DNA of 64,000 bases from an uncultured delta proteobacterium (GCA_963796055.1 CAWCKH010000004.1:1632001-1696000); one strand, 5' to 3'. Counted from the first letter of the stretch, positions 52,709 through 63,510 are shown. Translations and numbers: made by a program. Notes: generated by a model from the letters alone, not told the origin.

Positions 52709-53128
52709 ATGCCGAGCGAGGAAGTCCCAGCTGACGTTCAGCGCTTCTTGCGCGAGAATGGCGTCTCGTACGAGCAGCTGGAGGTGTTGTTACTGCTCCG
52801 CAGCCAGCCCCACGAGGTCTGGGAGCAAGAGGCACTGGCCACGACCTTGAAGCTGCCCGAGGAGAGCGCACTGGAGGCGCTCGAACACCTCTGCAAACGC
52901 GGGCTTCTGGAGCAGCTGAGCAATCCCGCGCGGCGCTCGTTCAGATACTGTCCCCGGGGCACCGATGTTGCGAAGCTGATCGATCGACTCGCGCAGACGT
53001 ACGATTCGAATCGACTGGCGGTCATCAGCCTGATGAACACAAACGCCGTGGACCGGGTGAGAACTCGAGCGATGCTTCTCTTCGCCGACGCCTTCGTGCT
53101 GGGGAGAAAGAAGGACGGGAATGGCTGA
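52709..53128 (+). CDS. Winged-helix-like hypothetical protein
   Basis: VQRFLRE..SYEQLEVLLLL..LEHLCKRGLL..FADAFVL; overlaps next start. Confidence 0.7.
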   Translation: MPSEEVPADVQRFLRENGVSYEQLEVLLLLRSQPHEVWEQEALATTLKLPEESALEALEHLCKRGLLEQLSNPARRSFRYCPRGTDVAKLIDRLAQTYDSNRLAVISLMNTNAVDRVRTRAMLLFADAFVLGRKKDGNG

Positions 53129-53378
53129 GCTCGTCTACGGGCTCTGCGCGCTGACGAGCGCGGGCTGTGCCGCGCTGCTTCTTCAGGGGTACAGACGAAG
53201 CGGCACCAGGCTCCTCTTCTGGAGCAGTCTCTGCTTCGCAGGGCTGGCGCTGAACAACGCCCTGCTCTTCGTCGATCTGGTGGTCGTTCCGGAGATCGAT
53301 CTCAGGTTGCTCCGCAGCGCCGTCGCGCTCTCGGCGACCAGTGTGCTCATCTTCGGCCTGATCTGGGAGTTCCGGTGA
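53121..53378 (+). CDS. DUF5985-like small membrane protein
   Basis: VYGLCALTS..LLFWSSLCFAGLALNN..VDLVV..GLIWE. Confidence 0.75.
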   Translation: MAELVYGLCALTSAGCAALLLQGYRRSGTRLLFWSSLCFAGLALNNALLFVDLVVVPEIDLRLLRSAVALSATSVLIFGLIWEFR

Positions 53379-53719
53379 ACGCGGACTCCCTGAACAGCGT
53401 TCTCCTCGGAGCCCTGACTATGTCCGCGGGGGTTATCGGGCTCCTCTTCCTGCGTTTCTGGAGAGTGAGTCGCGAGCGGTTGTTCGCCTTCTTCGCCCTC
53501 TCGTTCTGGTTGCTCGGTCTGAACTGGCTTGCGCTCGCCCTGGTGCGATGGAGCAGCGAGAGGCAGCACCAGATCTATCTGGTCCGGCTGATCGCCTTCG
53601 GGCTGATCATCGCGGGAATCATCGACAAGAATCGAAGAGCCCGGCTCGAGTCTCTACGAGCAAGCCAGGAGACGCCGCGATCAGTGGATGGAGCGCCCGG
53701 TAGCTCACGCGCGAGCTGA
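53375..53719 (+). CDS. DUF5985-like small membrane protein
   Basis: LLFLRFWR..RLFAFFALSF..YLVRLIAFGLIIAGIIDKNR. Confidence 0.75.
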   Translation: MNADSLNSVLLGALTMSAGVIGLLFLRFWRVSRERLFAFFALSFWLLGLNWLALALVRWSSERQHQIYLVRLIAFGLIIAGIIDKNRRARLESLRASQETPRSVDGAPGSSRAS

Positions 53720-54215
53720 AGCCTCCAGCAGGGAACGCACCGCGGAGTGCAGACCGTCGGCCCCGACCAGCAGGTCGAAACGCCGCTCTCCACCCCGCTC
53801 GAACCGCACATGCAAGCCGCCCTCGTCCTCATCGACCGCAGCCAGGGTGTCGCCGAAGATCGTTTCCGCTCTCGATCGGGCCCGCTCGAAGATCACTCGC
53901 GCGAGCTCGCCGCGAGGGATACTCACGAACCGATTCCCCAGTGCGCGACCGGATCTTCGATGCTTCGACCTCGGAACGGGTCGATCCGGAGGAGTCGACG
54001 AAGCGAAGCCTATCGATGAGGTAACCCCGCTCGCGAATGCTGGGGAGCAGCCCCATCCGCTCGGCCACGTCGAATCCGAGTCCCCAGAAGTCGAGCATGT
54101 ACCCGCCCGTACGGAGCTCCGGTGCGCGTTCGACGAGCGTTGGCTCGAAGCCGCCCTCCGCGAGCCAGTAGGCAAGGGTAGGGCCGGCGACACCTGACCC
54201 GCAGATCAGAACCGA
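53705..54215 (-). pseudogene. Truncated, frameshifted FAD-monooxygenase (paralog of 41206-42387)
   Basis: VLICGSGVAGPTLAYWL..LRTGGY; frame change near 53960; ends after VGADGLHSAVR. Confidence 0.8.
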
Positions 54216-54307
54216 TCGGGCTCGGGAGGGAGCCGAGTGGTGTTGCGCCGGTCCCACGTCGTCATGATAGTTGGTACACCAACGAGTTGCACGATTAGAA
54301 TGAAGCG

Positions 54308-54814
54308 ATGCTCGCCAGCACACGACCTTCCCACAACAGGGTGTCGAATAGCAGGCCTCGCGCCAGCTCGGAAGCAACGCTCGAGTTCCTGGGGGCTCTC
54401 TGGGCTCTCGATCAGGAGCTCCGCGCTCTCTCCAAGCGCATGGAGCGCCAGCTGGGCGTGACCGGCCCCCAGAGGCTCGCCCTGCGCATCATCGGTCTGT
54501 CTCCGGGGCTGCCGGCGAGTGCACTGGCGTCGGCATTGCATCTTCATCCGAGCACCGTGACCGGACTCGTCCTCCGACTTACCCGGAAGGGCCTCGTCCG
54601 GCGTCGGCGTGACCCCGAAGATGGGCGCCGAGTGTTGCTGGCGCTGACGGAGCGAGGAACACGGATCAACGCCCGGCGCCGGGGAACGGTGGAGGCGGCC
54701 GTCTCGCGGTCGCTTGGTGACCTGCCTCCAGGTTACCTCGTGACGGTCCGGGAGGTGCTCGAAGAACTCCGGCAGTCGGTGCTGCGGGAGCGCCTCGAGG
54801 GGCCGTCCTGGTGA
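54308..54814 (+). CDS. MarR family regulator
   Basis: GVTGPQRLAL, LHPSTVT, DGRRVLLALTERG. Confidence 0.9.
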   Translation: MLASTRPSHNRVSNSRPRASSEATLEFLGALWALDQELRALSKRMERQLGVTGPQRLALRIIGLSPGLPASALASALHLHPSTVTGLVLRLTRKGLVRRRRDPEDGRRVLLALTERGTRINARRRGTVEAAVSRSLGDLPPGYLVTVREVLEELRQSVLRERLEGPSW

Positions 54815-56244
54815 AGAGACCACGTCTCCGAGCGGAGGCCGGGCACTCTCCTCCCGGGCGGGGCGTCGATGACGACGAGGACCGCCTTCCCCAGAACCCC
54901 GGCAGCTGGCTGACGCTGATGATCTCGGCCGCGCTGGTCGGCGTCCTCGCCGGGCTGCTCGGGGGAGCCTTTCGAATGGCGCTCCGCTGGGCGGAAGCTC
55001 TTCGAGAGAGCTCCGTCACATCCGGTTCCCATGGGGTGTGGGTCTGGCTGTTGACCGTCGTGTGCTGCTCGACCGCCGCTGCCCTCGCCGCGTGGCTTCC
55101 CCAGCGGTTGGCCCCGAGTAGCGCCGGGAGCGGCATCCCGCACGTGGAAGCCGTTCTGCGCAACCGGGTCCTCCCTCCCGGCTTGCTGATCATTCCGGTG
55201 AAGTTCGTGGGCGGCGTGCTCGGAATCGGCGCCGGGCTCGCCCTCGGGCGAGAGGGGCCAACCGTTCAGATGGGGGCGACGGTCGGGCGTCTCGTCGGCG
55301 ACCGGCTGGCAGGACAGCAGCGCTTCCGATTGCTCCCCGAGCCGTGGACTCTGATCGCCGCCGGCGCCGGAGCGGGTCTCGCCACGGCATTCGATGCTCC
55401 CCTGGCGGGAGTCATCTTCGTCCTCGAGGAGCTGCTCCGGCGATTCTCCGCACGGGTTCTGGGCGCGACCGTGGCAGCCTCGGTCTGCGCCACCGCGGTG
55501 GCCCGGGTGATGGCCGGCCCCCGTCCGGAGCTGGCGGTGGCCTCGTTCTCGGACGTTCCCCTGACCGCGCTCCCGGGGTTCATGCTCCTCGGTCTGGCCG
55601 CCGGTCTGCTGGCAATGGCCTACAACGCCGGGACAATCCGGACGCTGAAACTGTTTGACCACATGCCGCGGCGATTCCGTCCACTGGCTGCCGCGGCGGT
55701 CGGCGCCCTGACCGGGGGCCTCGCCATTCTCTGGCCCAGGGCGCTGGGCGGCGGTGAACCCATCGCGGTGCAGGCAGTGGCCTTCCCCCTCGGGCTCACC
55801 ATGGGGGGTGTGGTCGGCCTCACTCTTCTGCGATGGCCGCTCTCCATGTTCTCCTATGCGACCGGGAGCCCGGGCGGCGTGTTCGCCCCGATGCTCGCGC
55901 TGGGGGCTCTGCTCGGCCTGGTCACGGTCCGGCTGGCCCATGTCTGGGGAGTGGAGCACGCAGGAGCCTCCGCTGTGGTCGTGGTGAGCATCACTGCCTT
56001 CTTCACCGGGGCCGTCCGGTCTCCCCTGACCGGTGTCGTTCTCCTCCTGGAGATGACCGGGGCCTTCCCGCTGCTGCTGCCGATGCTCGCGGGGTCTGGC
56101 GCGGCCTATGTCCTGACCGAGTTCCTGCGGAGCCCGCCCCTGTACGACCTCCTCCGGGAGAGGGACGAGCGGCTCGAGCGGCGCCGCTCGCGGGCGGGGC
56201 CGAAGCCCGTGGCCCCGGTCATGGCGCCCGAGCCGGGCGGATAG
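54811..56244 (+). CDS. clcA: ClC H+/Cl- exchange transporter
   Basis: GSGIP, GREGP (gating Glu), GVFAP, PLY motifs. Confidence 0.9.
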   Translation: MKRPRLRAEAGHSPPGRGVDDDEDRLPQNPGSWLTLMISAALVGVLAGLLGGAFRMALRWAEALRESSVTSGSHGVWVWLLTVVCCSTAAALAAWLPQRLAPSSAGSGIPHVEAVLRNRVLPPGLLIIPVKFVGGVLGIGAGLALGREGPTVQMGATVGRLVGDRLAGQQRFRLLPEPWTLIAAGAGAGLATAFDAPLAGVIFVLEELLRRFSARVLGATVAASVCATAVARVMAGPRPELAVASFSDVPLTALPGFMLLGLAAGLLAMAYNAGTIRTLKLFDHMPRRFRPLAAAAVGALTGGLAILWPRALGGGEPIAVQAVAFPLGLTMGGVVGLTLLRWPLSMFSYATGSPGGVFAPMLALGALLGLVTVRLAHVWGVEHAGASAVVVVSITAFFTGAVRSPLTGVVLLLEMTGAFPLLLPMLAGSGAAYVLTEFLRSPPLYDLLRERDERLERRRSRAGPKPVAPVMAPEPGG

Positions 56245-56331
56245 CTGGCGAACGCCAGGGAGCGGGAAGTCGGCTTCGAGCTGGGCGGTCTGAAGGATGC
56301 GTCCGGTGAAACCTCAGGCGCCGGCTCCAGA

Positions 56332-57024
56332 TCAGCGACCCGGTGACCGTCGGCCGCCGCCCGAGCCCCAGCCACCGGGCCCCCGACCCTCGCGGCGCCA
56401 ACGGTCGAGCTGATTGCGCTGCTCCGGGGTGAGAACGGCTCGTGCCTGGTTCATCGCCTGAACGTGGGCCTCGAGCATCTCCTGGCGAAGCTTGCTGATG
56501 TGCGCATAGACCGAGCCGACTGCCTTCGGATCAGGTTCTCTTGCAGCGTAGAGGTCCCGCAGCTTGGCCTCGTCGTCCTGGATCTGGCCCATGATCGCCC
56601 AGTGCTTCTTGCGCAAGGAATCTGCGATGGCGTTGACCTTCGCGCGCTGGGCATCCGAGAGGTTCAGCATCCAGATCGGTCCCATGCCGTAGCCGCCCAT
56701 CATCCCGGGTCCCATGCCATAGCCGCCGTAGCCGCCCATCATCCCGGGTCCCATGCCGTAGCCGCCGTAGCCGCCCATCATCCCGGGTCCCATGCCGTAG
56801 CCGCCGTAGCCGCCCATCATCCCGGGTCCCATGCCGTAGCCGCCGTAGCCGCCGTAGCCGCCCATCATCCCGGGTCCCATGCCGTAGCCGTCGTAGCCGC
56901 CCATCATCCCCGGCCCCATTCCGTAACCGGCAGAACCGCCATCTCCCTGCGCCAGCGCCCCCGGCGAACACAATACGACCGCCGCTGCGAGCAGCGTGGT
57001 CAACGAAGCAACAAGAGGTTTCAT
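56332..57024 (-). CDS. Spy/CpxP-like periplasmic protein with Gly/Met/Tyr repeats
   Basis: Signal peptide, GYGMGPGMMG repeats, LNLSDAQ and VLTPEQ (LTxxQ). Confidence 0.85.
   Translation of the reverse strand: MKPLVASLTTLLAAAVVLCSPGALAQGDGGSAGYGMGPGMMGGYDGYGMGPGMMGGYGGYGGYGMGPGMMGGYGGYGMGPGMMGGYGGYGMGPGMMGGYGGYGMGPGMMGGYGMGPIWMLNLSDAQRAKVNAIADSLRKKHWAIMGQIQDDEAKLRDLYAAREPDPKAVGSVYAHISKLRQEMLEAHVQAMNQARAVLTPEQRNQLDRWRREGRGPGGWGSGGGRRSPGR
56681..56925. repeat. Coding tandem repeat, about 6 units of 30-48 bp (mode 39 bp)
   Basis: cccatgccgtagccgccgtagccgcccatcatcccgggt repeated with variable numbers of 9-bp subunits. Confidence 0.93.
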
Positions 57025-57238
57025 CGTTCTCTCCTTCCCCGTCCCTGATCCCGGACCATTTCGGCGGGTCCTCGTTGCCCGCCGTCACGCCGGGAAAGCT
57101 CTCTGCGTCGAACAGTCCTGGTCGGCGCCGCACTCCGGCGCGGCCGACGAAAACGCCTCGCGAGGAAATGTCCTTCCCCCGCGCCGAACGCCATGGCGCT
57201 GACGCCGAGACAGCATCCACGGCTTGCCCCGCGAGATC

Positions 57239-58060
57239 TCACGGCTCGGGCGGGTAACGGGCGAGGTACAGGTAGGTTGCCGACACCTCGGCGTCGGTGA
57301 GGTAGTCGTAGATCGGCATCCGCGACATTCTGGCCATCATTCCCCAGCCGCCCTGGCGCACTTTGAGAATCACCCGTTCCGGGGGCAGCTGCTCGGGCAT
57401 CGCCGCGAGCGAAGGAATCACCCCTCGCATGTGCTCCATCATGGGGTTCACTCCGGGCCCGGTCGCCGGATGACAGATGTGACAGGTGCCTCGCGCAAGG
57501 AGTTCACCCACGCGTGTCACGGGTTCCTCCAGCTTCTTGGGGCGGCCGGCCTCAGGGGCGTTTGCCAAGATCCGCAGGTAGCCGAGTAGCGTCTCGACCT
57601 CGGGCGGCGAGAGATAGTCAAACGCGGGCATCCGCTGGCCACCATGCTGGAGACGGTCCCGCAGCTCCTTCTCGGCGTCGGCGACGAGCGAGCGCGCCAT
57701 TCCCGGTGCCAGCGTCTGGCCGCTGTTCTTCGCCGCGCGCTCGGTGAGCACCAGCGACGTGGCTCGAACCGACGCGATCAGCGGGAGGATCTCCGGAATG
57801 GCGCCGTTGCCGTCGGGCCCATGGCAGGAACGGCACTCGAGCCGGTAGAGATCCGCGCCCTCGACCTCGAAGGTCTCACCGGATACGGGCTCCTTCCGGC
57901 TCGACGGGGGAGGTGGACCCTCTCCACCCATCTGGCCCATGTGCGTCTGCTCGAGCTCGACGTCGAGATGTTCGAGCCAGCTCGGGCCGGCAACTGGCAT
58001 CCCCGGGGGCACGGGCGCCGCGCCGAGCCCGATGAGCAGCAGCGCTCCGGGAGGCAGCAT
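57239..58060 (-). CDS. Diheme c-type cytochrome
   Basis: CRSCH and CHICH heme motifs, each followed by a distal MP motif; hydrophobic N-terminus. Confidence 0.82.
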   Translation of the reverse strand: MLPPGALLLIGLGAAPVPPGMPVAGPSWLEHLDVELEQTHMGQMGGEGPPPPSSRKEPVSGETFEVEGADLYRLECRSCHGPDGNGAIPEILPLIASVRATSLVLTERAAKNSGQTLAPGMARSLVADAEKELRDRLQHGGQRMPAFDYLSPPEVETLLGYLRILANAPEAGRPKKLEEPVTRVGELLARGTCHICHPATGPGVNPMMEHMRGVIPSLAAMPEQLPPERVILKVRQGGWGMMARMSRMPIYDYLTDAEVSATYLYLARYPPEP

Positions 58061-58547
58061 CGTTGTTCTCCTTTCCGGGCCCGCCCCAGACGGTCCGTGG
58101 TGCTCGTGATACCCGCCGCCGTCCCGCCAGTACCTCAACCAAGCCGATTAGTTGGGCTACCAACTAGAACACCATGTGTCGTCTCCCCCATTCCCGTCTA
58201 TCACCGGTTCCTTGGAGTCGTCGAAGGCAGCGCGCGAACTACCTGCCACGTTGACACTCTCGTCGATTGGCCGAGGCGGGTCGTGCCCGTGCCCATGGGG
58301 AAACCAGAGGTGAGCGAGCGTCACCACCCGGTTGCGTCATCGTTCGCCCGCGCCGCCTGACCGCACGCTCCCTTCCTGCAGGCGCATGCGATGCAGGAGC
58401 GGTGAAGGCCCGACCTCTGTCAATCCATTGGTTGGTCCACCAACGAAAAGGCCGGCTCGGTCAAAGTGCATTCCCGAACCAAAGGGGACGCGAGACCCTC
58501 GGAATCGTCCCCAGCCAGTGGCACTGATGGCGGTCGCGAGGGCTCCC

Positions 58548-61500
58548 ATGCACATCGAACGACGAACGTTCCTCAAGGCGACCGCTGGGCTCGGGGGTGC
58601 GATGGGCCTGGGGCTGTTCGATCTCTCCGAGGCTCGCGCCGAGATGCGCGAGCTCAAGATCGCCCGCACGACCGAGACGCGCAGCACCTGCCCCTACTGC
58701 GCCGTCGGGTGCGGGGTGATCATCCACACCCTGGGAGACAAGGCGAAGAACGTCACTCCCGCGGTGGTCCACGTGGAGGGAGACCCCGATCACCCCACCA
58801 ATCGCGGGACCCTCTGCCCGAAGGGCAGCACCCTCAAGGAAGACATCATCAACCCCAGCCGACTCACCGTGCCGAAGGTGCGTCGGCCGGGGTCGGACCG
58901 CTGGGAGGAGATTTCCTGGGACGAGGCGATCAGCAAGATCGCCCGGCACATCAAGGACACCCGCGACCGGACCTTCGTCGCCAAGAACGCCAGAGGGCAG
59001 GTGGTCAACCGCACGCCAGGGATCGCGGTGATCGGCGGCTGCACGGATACCAACGAGTTCAACTTCCTCCAGGACAAGTTCATGGCGGCCGTGGGGGTCG
59101 TCTACCGCGACAGTCAAGCTCGAGTATGACACGGCCCCACGGTGGCCAGTTTGGCCGCCACGTTCGGTCGCGGGGCGATGACCAATGGCTGGGTCGACAT
59201 CAAGAATGCCGACGTCATCCTCGCCATGGGTGGAAACCCCGCGGAGAATCACCCCTGCGGCTTCAAGTGGACGGTCGAGGCCCAGAAGACCCGGAACGCC
59301 AAGCTGGTGGTGGTCGACCCCCGCTTCACCCGGACTGCGGCGGTGGCGGACCTCTACGCCCAGCTGCGGCCGGGCTCGGACATCGCGTTCCTCAACGGGA
59401 TCATCCGCTACGCCATCGACAAGAAGCGGTACCACGAGGAGTACGTCAAGCACTACACCAACGCTGCGTACATCATCGGCGAGAAGTACGGATTCGACGA
59501 CGGGCTGTTCAGCGGCTTCGACGAGGGGAAAGGAACCTACGACAAGGCGTCCTGGGCCTACGAGGCTGACCCCAAGACCCACGCCTACGCGGTCGACCCC
59601 ACCCTCCAGCACCCGCGCTGTGTCTTCCAGCTCCTGAGGAAGCACGTCGACCGCTATACCCCTGAAACGGTGGAGCGGATCACCGGGACACCCAAGGACA
59701 GCTTCCTCAAGGTGGCGGAGGTGGTCACCTCCACCTTCACCCCCGAGCGGGTGGGAACCATCACCTACGCGCTCGGCTGGACGCAGCACTCCGTCGGGGT
59801 GCAGATGATCCGCACTGCGGCGATGCTGCAGCTGCTCCTGGGGAACGTGGGGCGGCCAGGGGGTGGTGTCAACGCGCTCCGTGGACACTCCAACATCCAG
59901 GGGGCCACCGACCTGGGTGGAACGTTCGAGATCCTTTCGGGGTACCTGGCGACGCCACGCAGCGAGCTGGTGGATCTGAAGACGTACCTCGACAAGGTCC
60001 CGCCCAAGACGCTCAACAACGAGCCGTGGCACTCGATGAACTACTGGTCCAACTACCCGAAGTTCATCGTCTCCCTGCTCAAGGCCTTCTACGGGAAGGC
60101 AGCCACCAAGGAGAACGACTTCGCCTACTCCTGGCTTCCCAAGACCGACGGCAACCACTCGTGGCTCTACCTCTTCGACGACATGTACCGCGGCAAGTCG
60201 ACCCGGGCCGGCGGGGAGGAGCCCGGGCCGGAGGGGCTCATCACCGCCGGAATGAATCCAGTCGCCATCGGGCCCAATAGCCAGAAGATGGTCGCCGCCC
60301 ACTCGAAGCTGAAGTGGCTGGTGGTGATCGAGAACTACGAGATCGAAACCGCCGCCTTCTGGAAGGCGCCCAAGGAGTACGCCGGACCGCCACCAGCGGA
60401 GATCCAGACCGAGGTGTTCCAGCTCCCGGCCAGCGGCTTCGCGGAGAAGGATGGGAGCTTCACCAACTCCGCGCGCTGGGTGGAGTGGAAGTGGAAAGCA
60501 GTGGATCCGCCCGGGCAGGCCAAGACCGACCAGGAGATCCTGGCCCGGATCTTCCTCGCGGTCCGGGAGCTCTACCGGAAGGAGGGTGGTGCATTCCCCG
60601 AACCCATCCTCAACCTGAGCTGGGACTACACCCATCCGACCGCACCGGACCTCGCCGAGGTCCTGAAAGAGATCAACGGCAAGGCGATCGAGGACCTCTA
60701 CGAGCCCTCCACCGATCCCAAGCAGCCGAAGAAGCTCCTCGTCGCCGCCGGCAAGCAGCTCGACAGCTTCGGTCAGCTTCGCGACGACGGGTCGACGGCC
60801 TGCGGACTCTGGCTCTACACCGGCGTCTACACCGAGGCCGGGAACAATGCCCAGCGCCGGAACAACGCCGACCCCACCGGTCTGGGGATGTACCACCAGT
60901 GGACATGGAGCTGGCCGGCGAACCGGCGCATCATGTACAACCGTGCCTCGGCCGATCTGAACGGGAAGCCGTGGGATCCCGCGCGGCCGGGGATCGTCTG
61001 GAACGGCCAGCGATGGGTGGGTGACGTCCCCGACATCGCCCCGGACTCTCCCCCCGGAAAGTTCGGGCCGTTCATCATGCTGCCCGAGGGGGTGGGGCGC
61101 CTGTTTGCCGCCTCACTCAACGACGGCCCGTTCCCCGAGCACTACGAGCCTGTCGAGGCACCGGTCGCCAATCTCCTGCACCCGAAGGTGACCAGCAATC
61201 CGGCTGTCCGGCGGTTCAGCACCGACAAGGACAAGTACGGGACCGCCAAGGACTACCCGGTGGTCTGCAGCACCTACCGGCTGACCGAGATGTACCACTA
61301 CTGGACCAAGCACACCGACCGCCTCAACGAGATCAGGCCCGGATTCTTCATCGAGCTTCCCGAGGAGCTGGCCAGGGAGAAGGGGATCACCAACGGCTCG
61401 CAGGTGCGGCTGGTCTCGGCGCGCGGCCCGGTCCAGGGCGTGGCGATGGTGACGAGACGCCTCCGGCCGATGACCATCGATGGCAAGCCGGTGTGGCACG

Positions 61501-61661
61501 TCGGCTTCCCCCTGCACTGGGGCTACACCGGAGAGGCCGGACACCTCGGGCCGCTGGCCAACTTCATGACCCCGAGCGTCGGCGACGCCAACACCTGGAC
61601 CCCCGAGTACAAGTGCTTCCTGGTCCGGGTCGAGAAGGCCGAGCCCCTCGCGACGAGCTGA
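58548..61661 (+). CDS. fdnG: Formate dehydrogenase-N alpha subunit, selenoprotein (Sec at TGA 59127-59129)
   Basis: Tat signal ERRTFLK, CPYCAVGC, ARV-TGA-HGPTVASLAATFGRGAM joins two supplied ORFs in one frame. Confidence 0.95.
59141..59159 (+). promoter_or_regulatory. Bacterial SECIS-like hairpin
   Basis: ggtggcca-gtt-tggccgcc starting 11 nt after the in-frame TGA. Confidence 0.75.
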
Positions 61662-61669
61662 GCACCGCC

Positions 61670-62557
61670 ATGCCCATCCAAGGTCTCGAGATCCTCCAGT
61701 CCTCGGCGTCCCTCCGCGGGCAGCCCAGCGGGATGCGCCGGGTGCCGTTCGTCAGCAAGTACATCGACACCTCCACCTGCATCGGATGCAAGGCCTGCGA
61801 GGTGGCCTGCCAGGAGTGGAACGATCTGCCCTCGGTGCCCACCAAGGTGTCCGGCACCTACCAGACCCTTCCCTCGCTCCACCCGGAGTTCTGGAACCTC
61901 ATCAAGTTCAACGAGGTCGAGGTCGACGGCAACTTCTCCTGGTTGATGCGCAAGGACCAGTGCATGCACTGCGCCGACCCGGGCTGTCTCCGGGCCTGTC
62001 CTGCGCCCGGGGCGATCGTCCAGTACTCCAACGGCATCGTCGACGTGAACCCCGAGCAGTGCATCGGCTGTCGGCTGTGCGAGGCAGGCTGTCCGTTCAA
62101 CGTGCCGCGCTTCTCGGCGAAGACCGGAAAGATGGCCAAGTGCACGCTCTGCGTCGACCGGGCCACGGTGGGTCTGGAGCCGGCCTGCGTGAAGGCCTGC
62201 CCGACCGGCTGTCTGCACTTCGGCACCAAGGACGACATGGTCGCCCTGGGCAACGAGCGCGTGGCACAGCTCAAGGCCAGGGGCTTCGCCACCGCCGGGC
62301 TCTACAATCCTCCGGGCGTCGGGGGCACGGGCGTGGTGACCGTGCTCAAGTACGCCGACAAGCCCGAGCTCTACGGGCTGCCGGCCAATCCAACGGTCCC
62401 GGCCACGGTCAGGGTCTCGAAGGGACCGCTACGCTGGTTCGGCCTGCTGGCCTTCGGCGGGGTGATTCTCGGCCTCATCGGCCACTACATCCGGTTCGGC
62501 CCCCGTACTCCGACACCGAGCCCTCCGCCCGAGCCCGGGAAAGGGGACGCGCGATGA
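61670..62557 (+). CDS. fdnH: Formate dehydrogenase beta (Fe-S) subunit
   Basis: CIGCKACEVAC, CMHCADPGC, CIGCRLC, CTLC; C-terminal TM. Confidence 0.93.
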   Translation: MPIQGLEILQSSASLRGQPSGMRRVPFVSKYIDTSTCIGCKACEVACQEWNDLPSVPTKVSGTYQTLPSLHPEFWNLIKFNEVEVDGNFSWLMRKDQCMHCADPGCLRACPAPGAIVQYSNGIVDVNPEQCIGCRLCEAGCPFNVPRFSAKTGKMAKCTLCVDRATVGLEPACVKACPTGCLHFGTKDDMVALGNERVAQLKARGFATAGLYNPPGVGGTGVVTVLKYADKPELYGLPANPTVPATVRVSKGPLRWFGLLAFGGVILGLIGHYIRFGPRTPTPSPPPEPGKGDAR

Positions 62558-63258
62558 CCACCTCCCGAACTGCACCCGTTGCCGTCCACTCCACCGGCAA
62601 TCCGGCCATCCTCGCTGCCGGCCACCAGGAGGACGTGGTGGTCGGCGACCGGCTGGTGCGCTTCCGCGCCTACACCCGGGCGCTCCACTGGGGCGTGGCG
62701 CTGACGTTCTTCCTCTGTCTCTTCACCGGACTTCCCATCTGGACGCCCATCTTCGGCTGGATGGCCTTGCTCTTCGGCGGGCTTCAGGTGTGCCGATGGC
62801 TGCATGCCTGGACGGGAATCGCCTTCGCGGTCCTCGCATTCCTCCAGCTCGTGCACTGGGCGGGTGTGATGTGGATGGGCGAGGCCGACAGACGCTTCGT
62901 CAAGCTGGGCAACTTCCTGGCCTACATGCGATGGGAGACGCACGACGAGGACGTCGGCAAGTTCAACGGCGGCCAGAAGATCCTGTTCTGGCTGAGCACG
63001 CTGGCAGCTCTGGGCCTGCTGCTCACCGGGGTGGTCCTGTGGTTCCCGAACCTGTTCGGAATGGAGCTGCGAAGGATCTCCCTGCTCCTCCATGACGTCA
63101 CGTTCATTCTCTTCGGGCTGCTGATCATCGGGCACATCTACCTGACGGTCGCCGAGCCAGGAACGTTCGGCGGGATGGTCAAGGGAACCGTGAGCCGGGA
63201 CTGGGCCCGTCTGCACCACCCGAGGTGGTATCGCGACGTGACCGGCAATCGGCGGTAA
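62554..63258 (+). CDS. fdnI: Formate dehydrogenase gamma (cytochrome b556) subunit
   Basis: RALHW, RWLH, GKFNGGQK, GHIY, WARLHHPRWY. Confidence 0.92.
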   Translation: MTTSRTAPVAVHSTGNPAILAAGHQEDVVVGDRLVRFRAYTRALHWGVALTFFLCLFTGLPIWTPIFGWMALLFGGLQVCRWLHAWTGIAFAVLAFLQLVHWAGVMWMGEADRRFVKLGNFLAYMRWETHDEDVGKFNGGQKILFWLSTLAALGLLLTGVVLWFPNLFGMELRRISLLLHDVTFILFGLLIIGHIYLTVAEPGTFGGMVKGTVSRDWARLHHPRWYRDVTGNRR

Positions 63259-63299
63259 GCCGCCGAGACGACCCAAGCCGGTCCCGAGGCTTGGCGGCT

Positions 63300-63338
63300 G
63301 CTGGGGTTCACCGGCCACCTCTGCGGATGAAGTCCTCG
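63300..63338. repeat. Relic of the integrase HTH-tail end (fourth element trace)
   Basis: 38/39 identity to 33416-33454. Confidence 0.85.
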
Positions 63339-63510
63339 CCCAGAACCGGGAGACCCTCCTGACCTCTTGCACCGCGCACATCCTGCCGACACGTCTTTCC
63401 CGGCCCTCAGGGTTTGCCGGGATAGCCCGCGTCGTTCGCCCGGCGGAACTCCGGTGACGTATGAAGGAGGTGCGGACCGTCGCCTGTCATCGCGTCAGCC
63501 GGAGCGGCCA

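Noticed and set aside
56681..56925. Possible CRISPR array
   Set aside because: Units are contiguous with no unique spacers, stay in frame in a coding gene, and no cas genes are present.
58130..58545. FNR or sigma54 site upstream of fdnG
   Set aside because: No convincing TTGAT-N4-ATCAA or TGGCAC-N5-TTGC match found by eye.
59127..59129. Nonsense mutation splitting fdnG
   Set aside because: The TGA is at the conserved Sec position and is followed by a SECIS-like hairpin.
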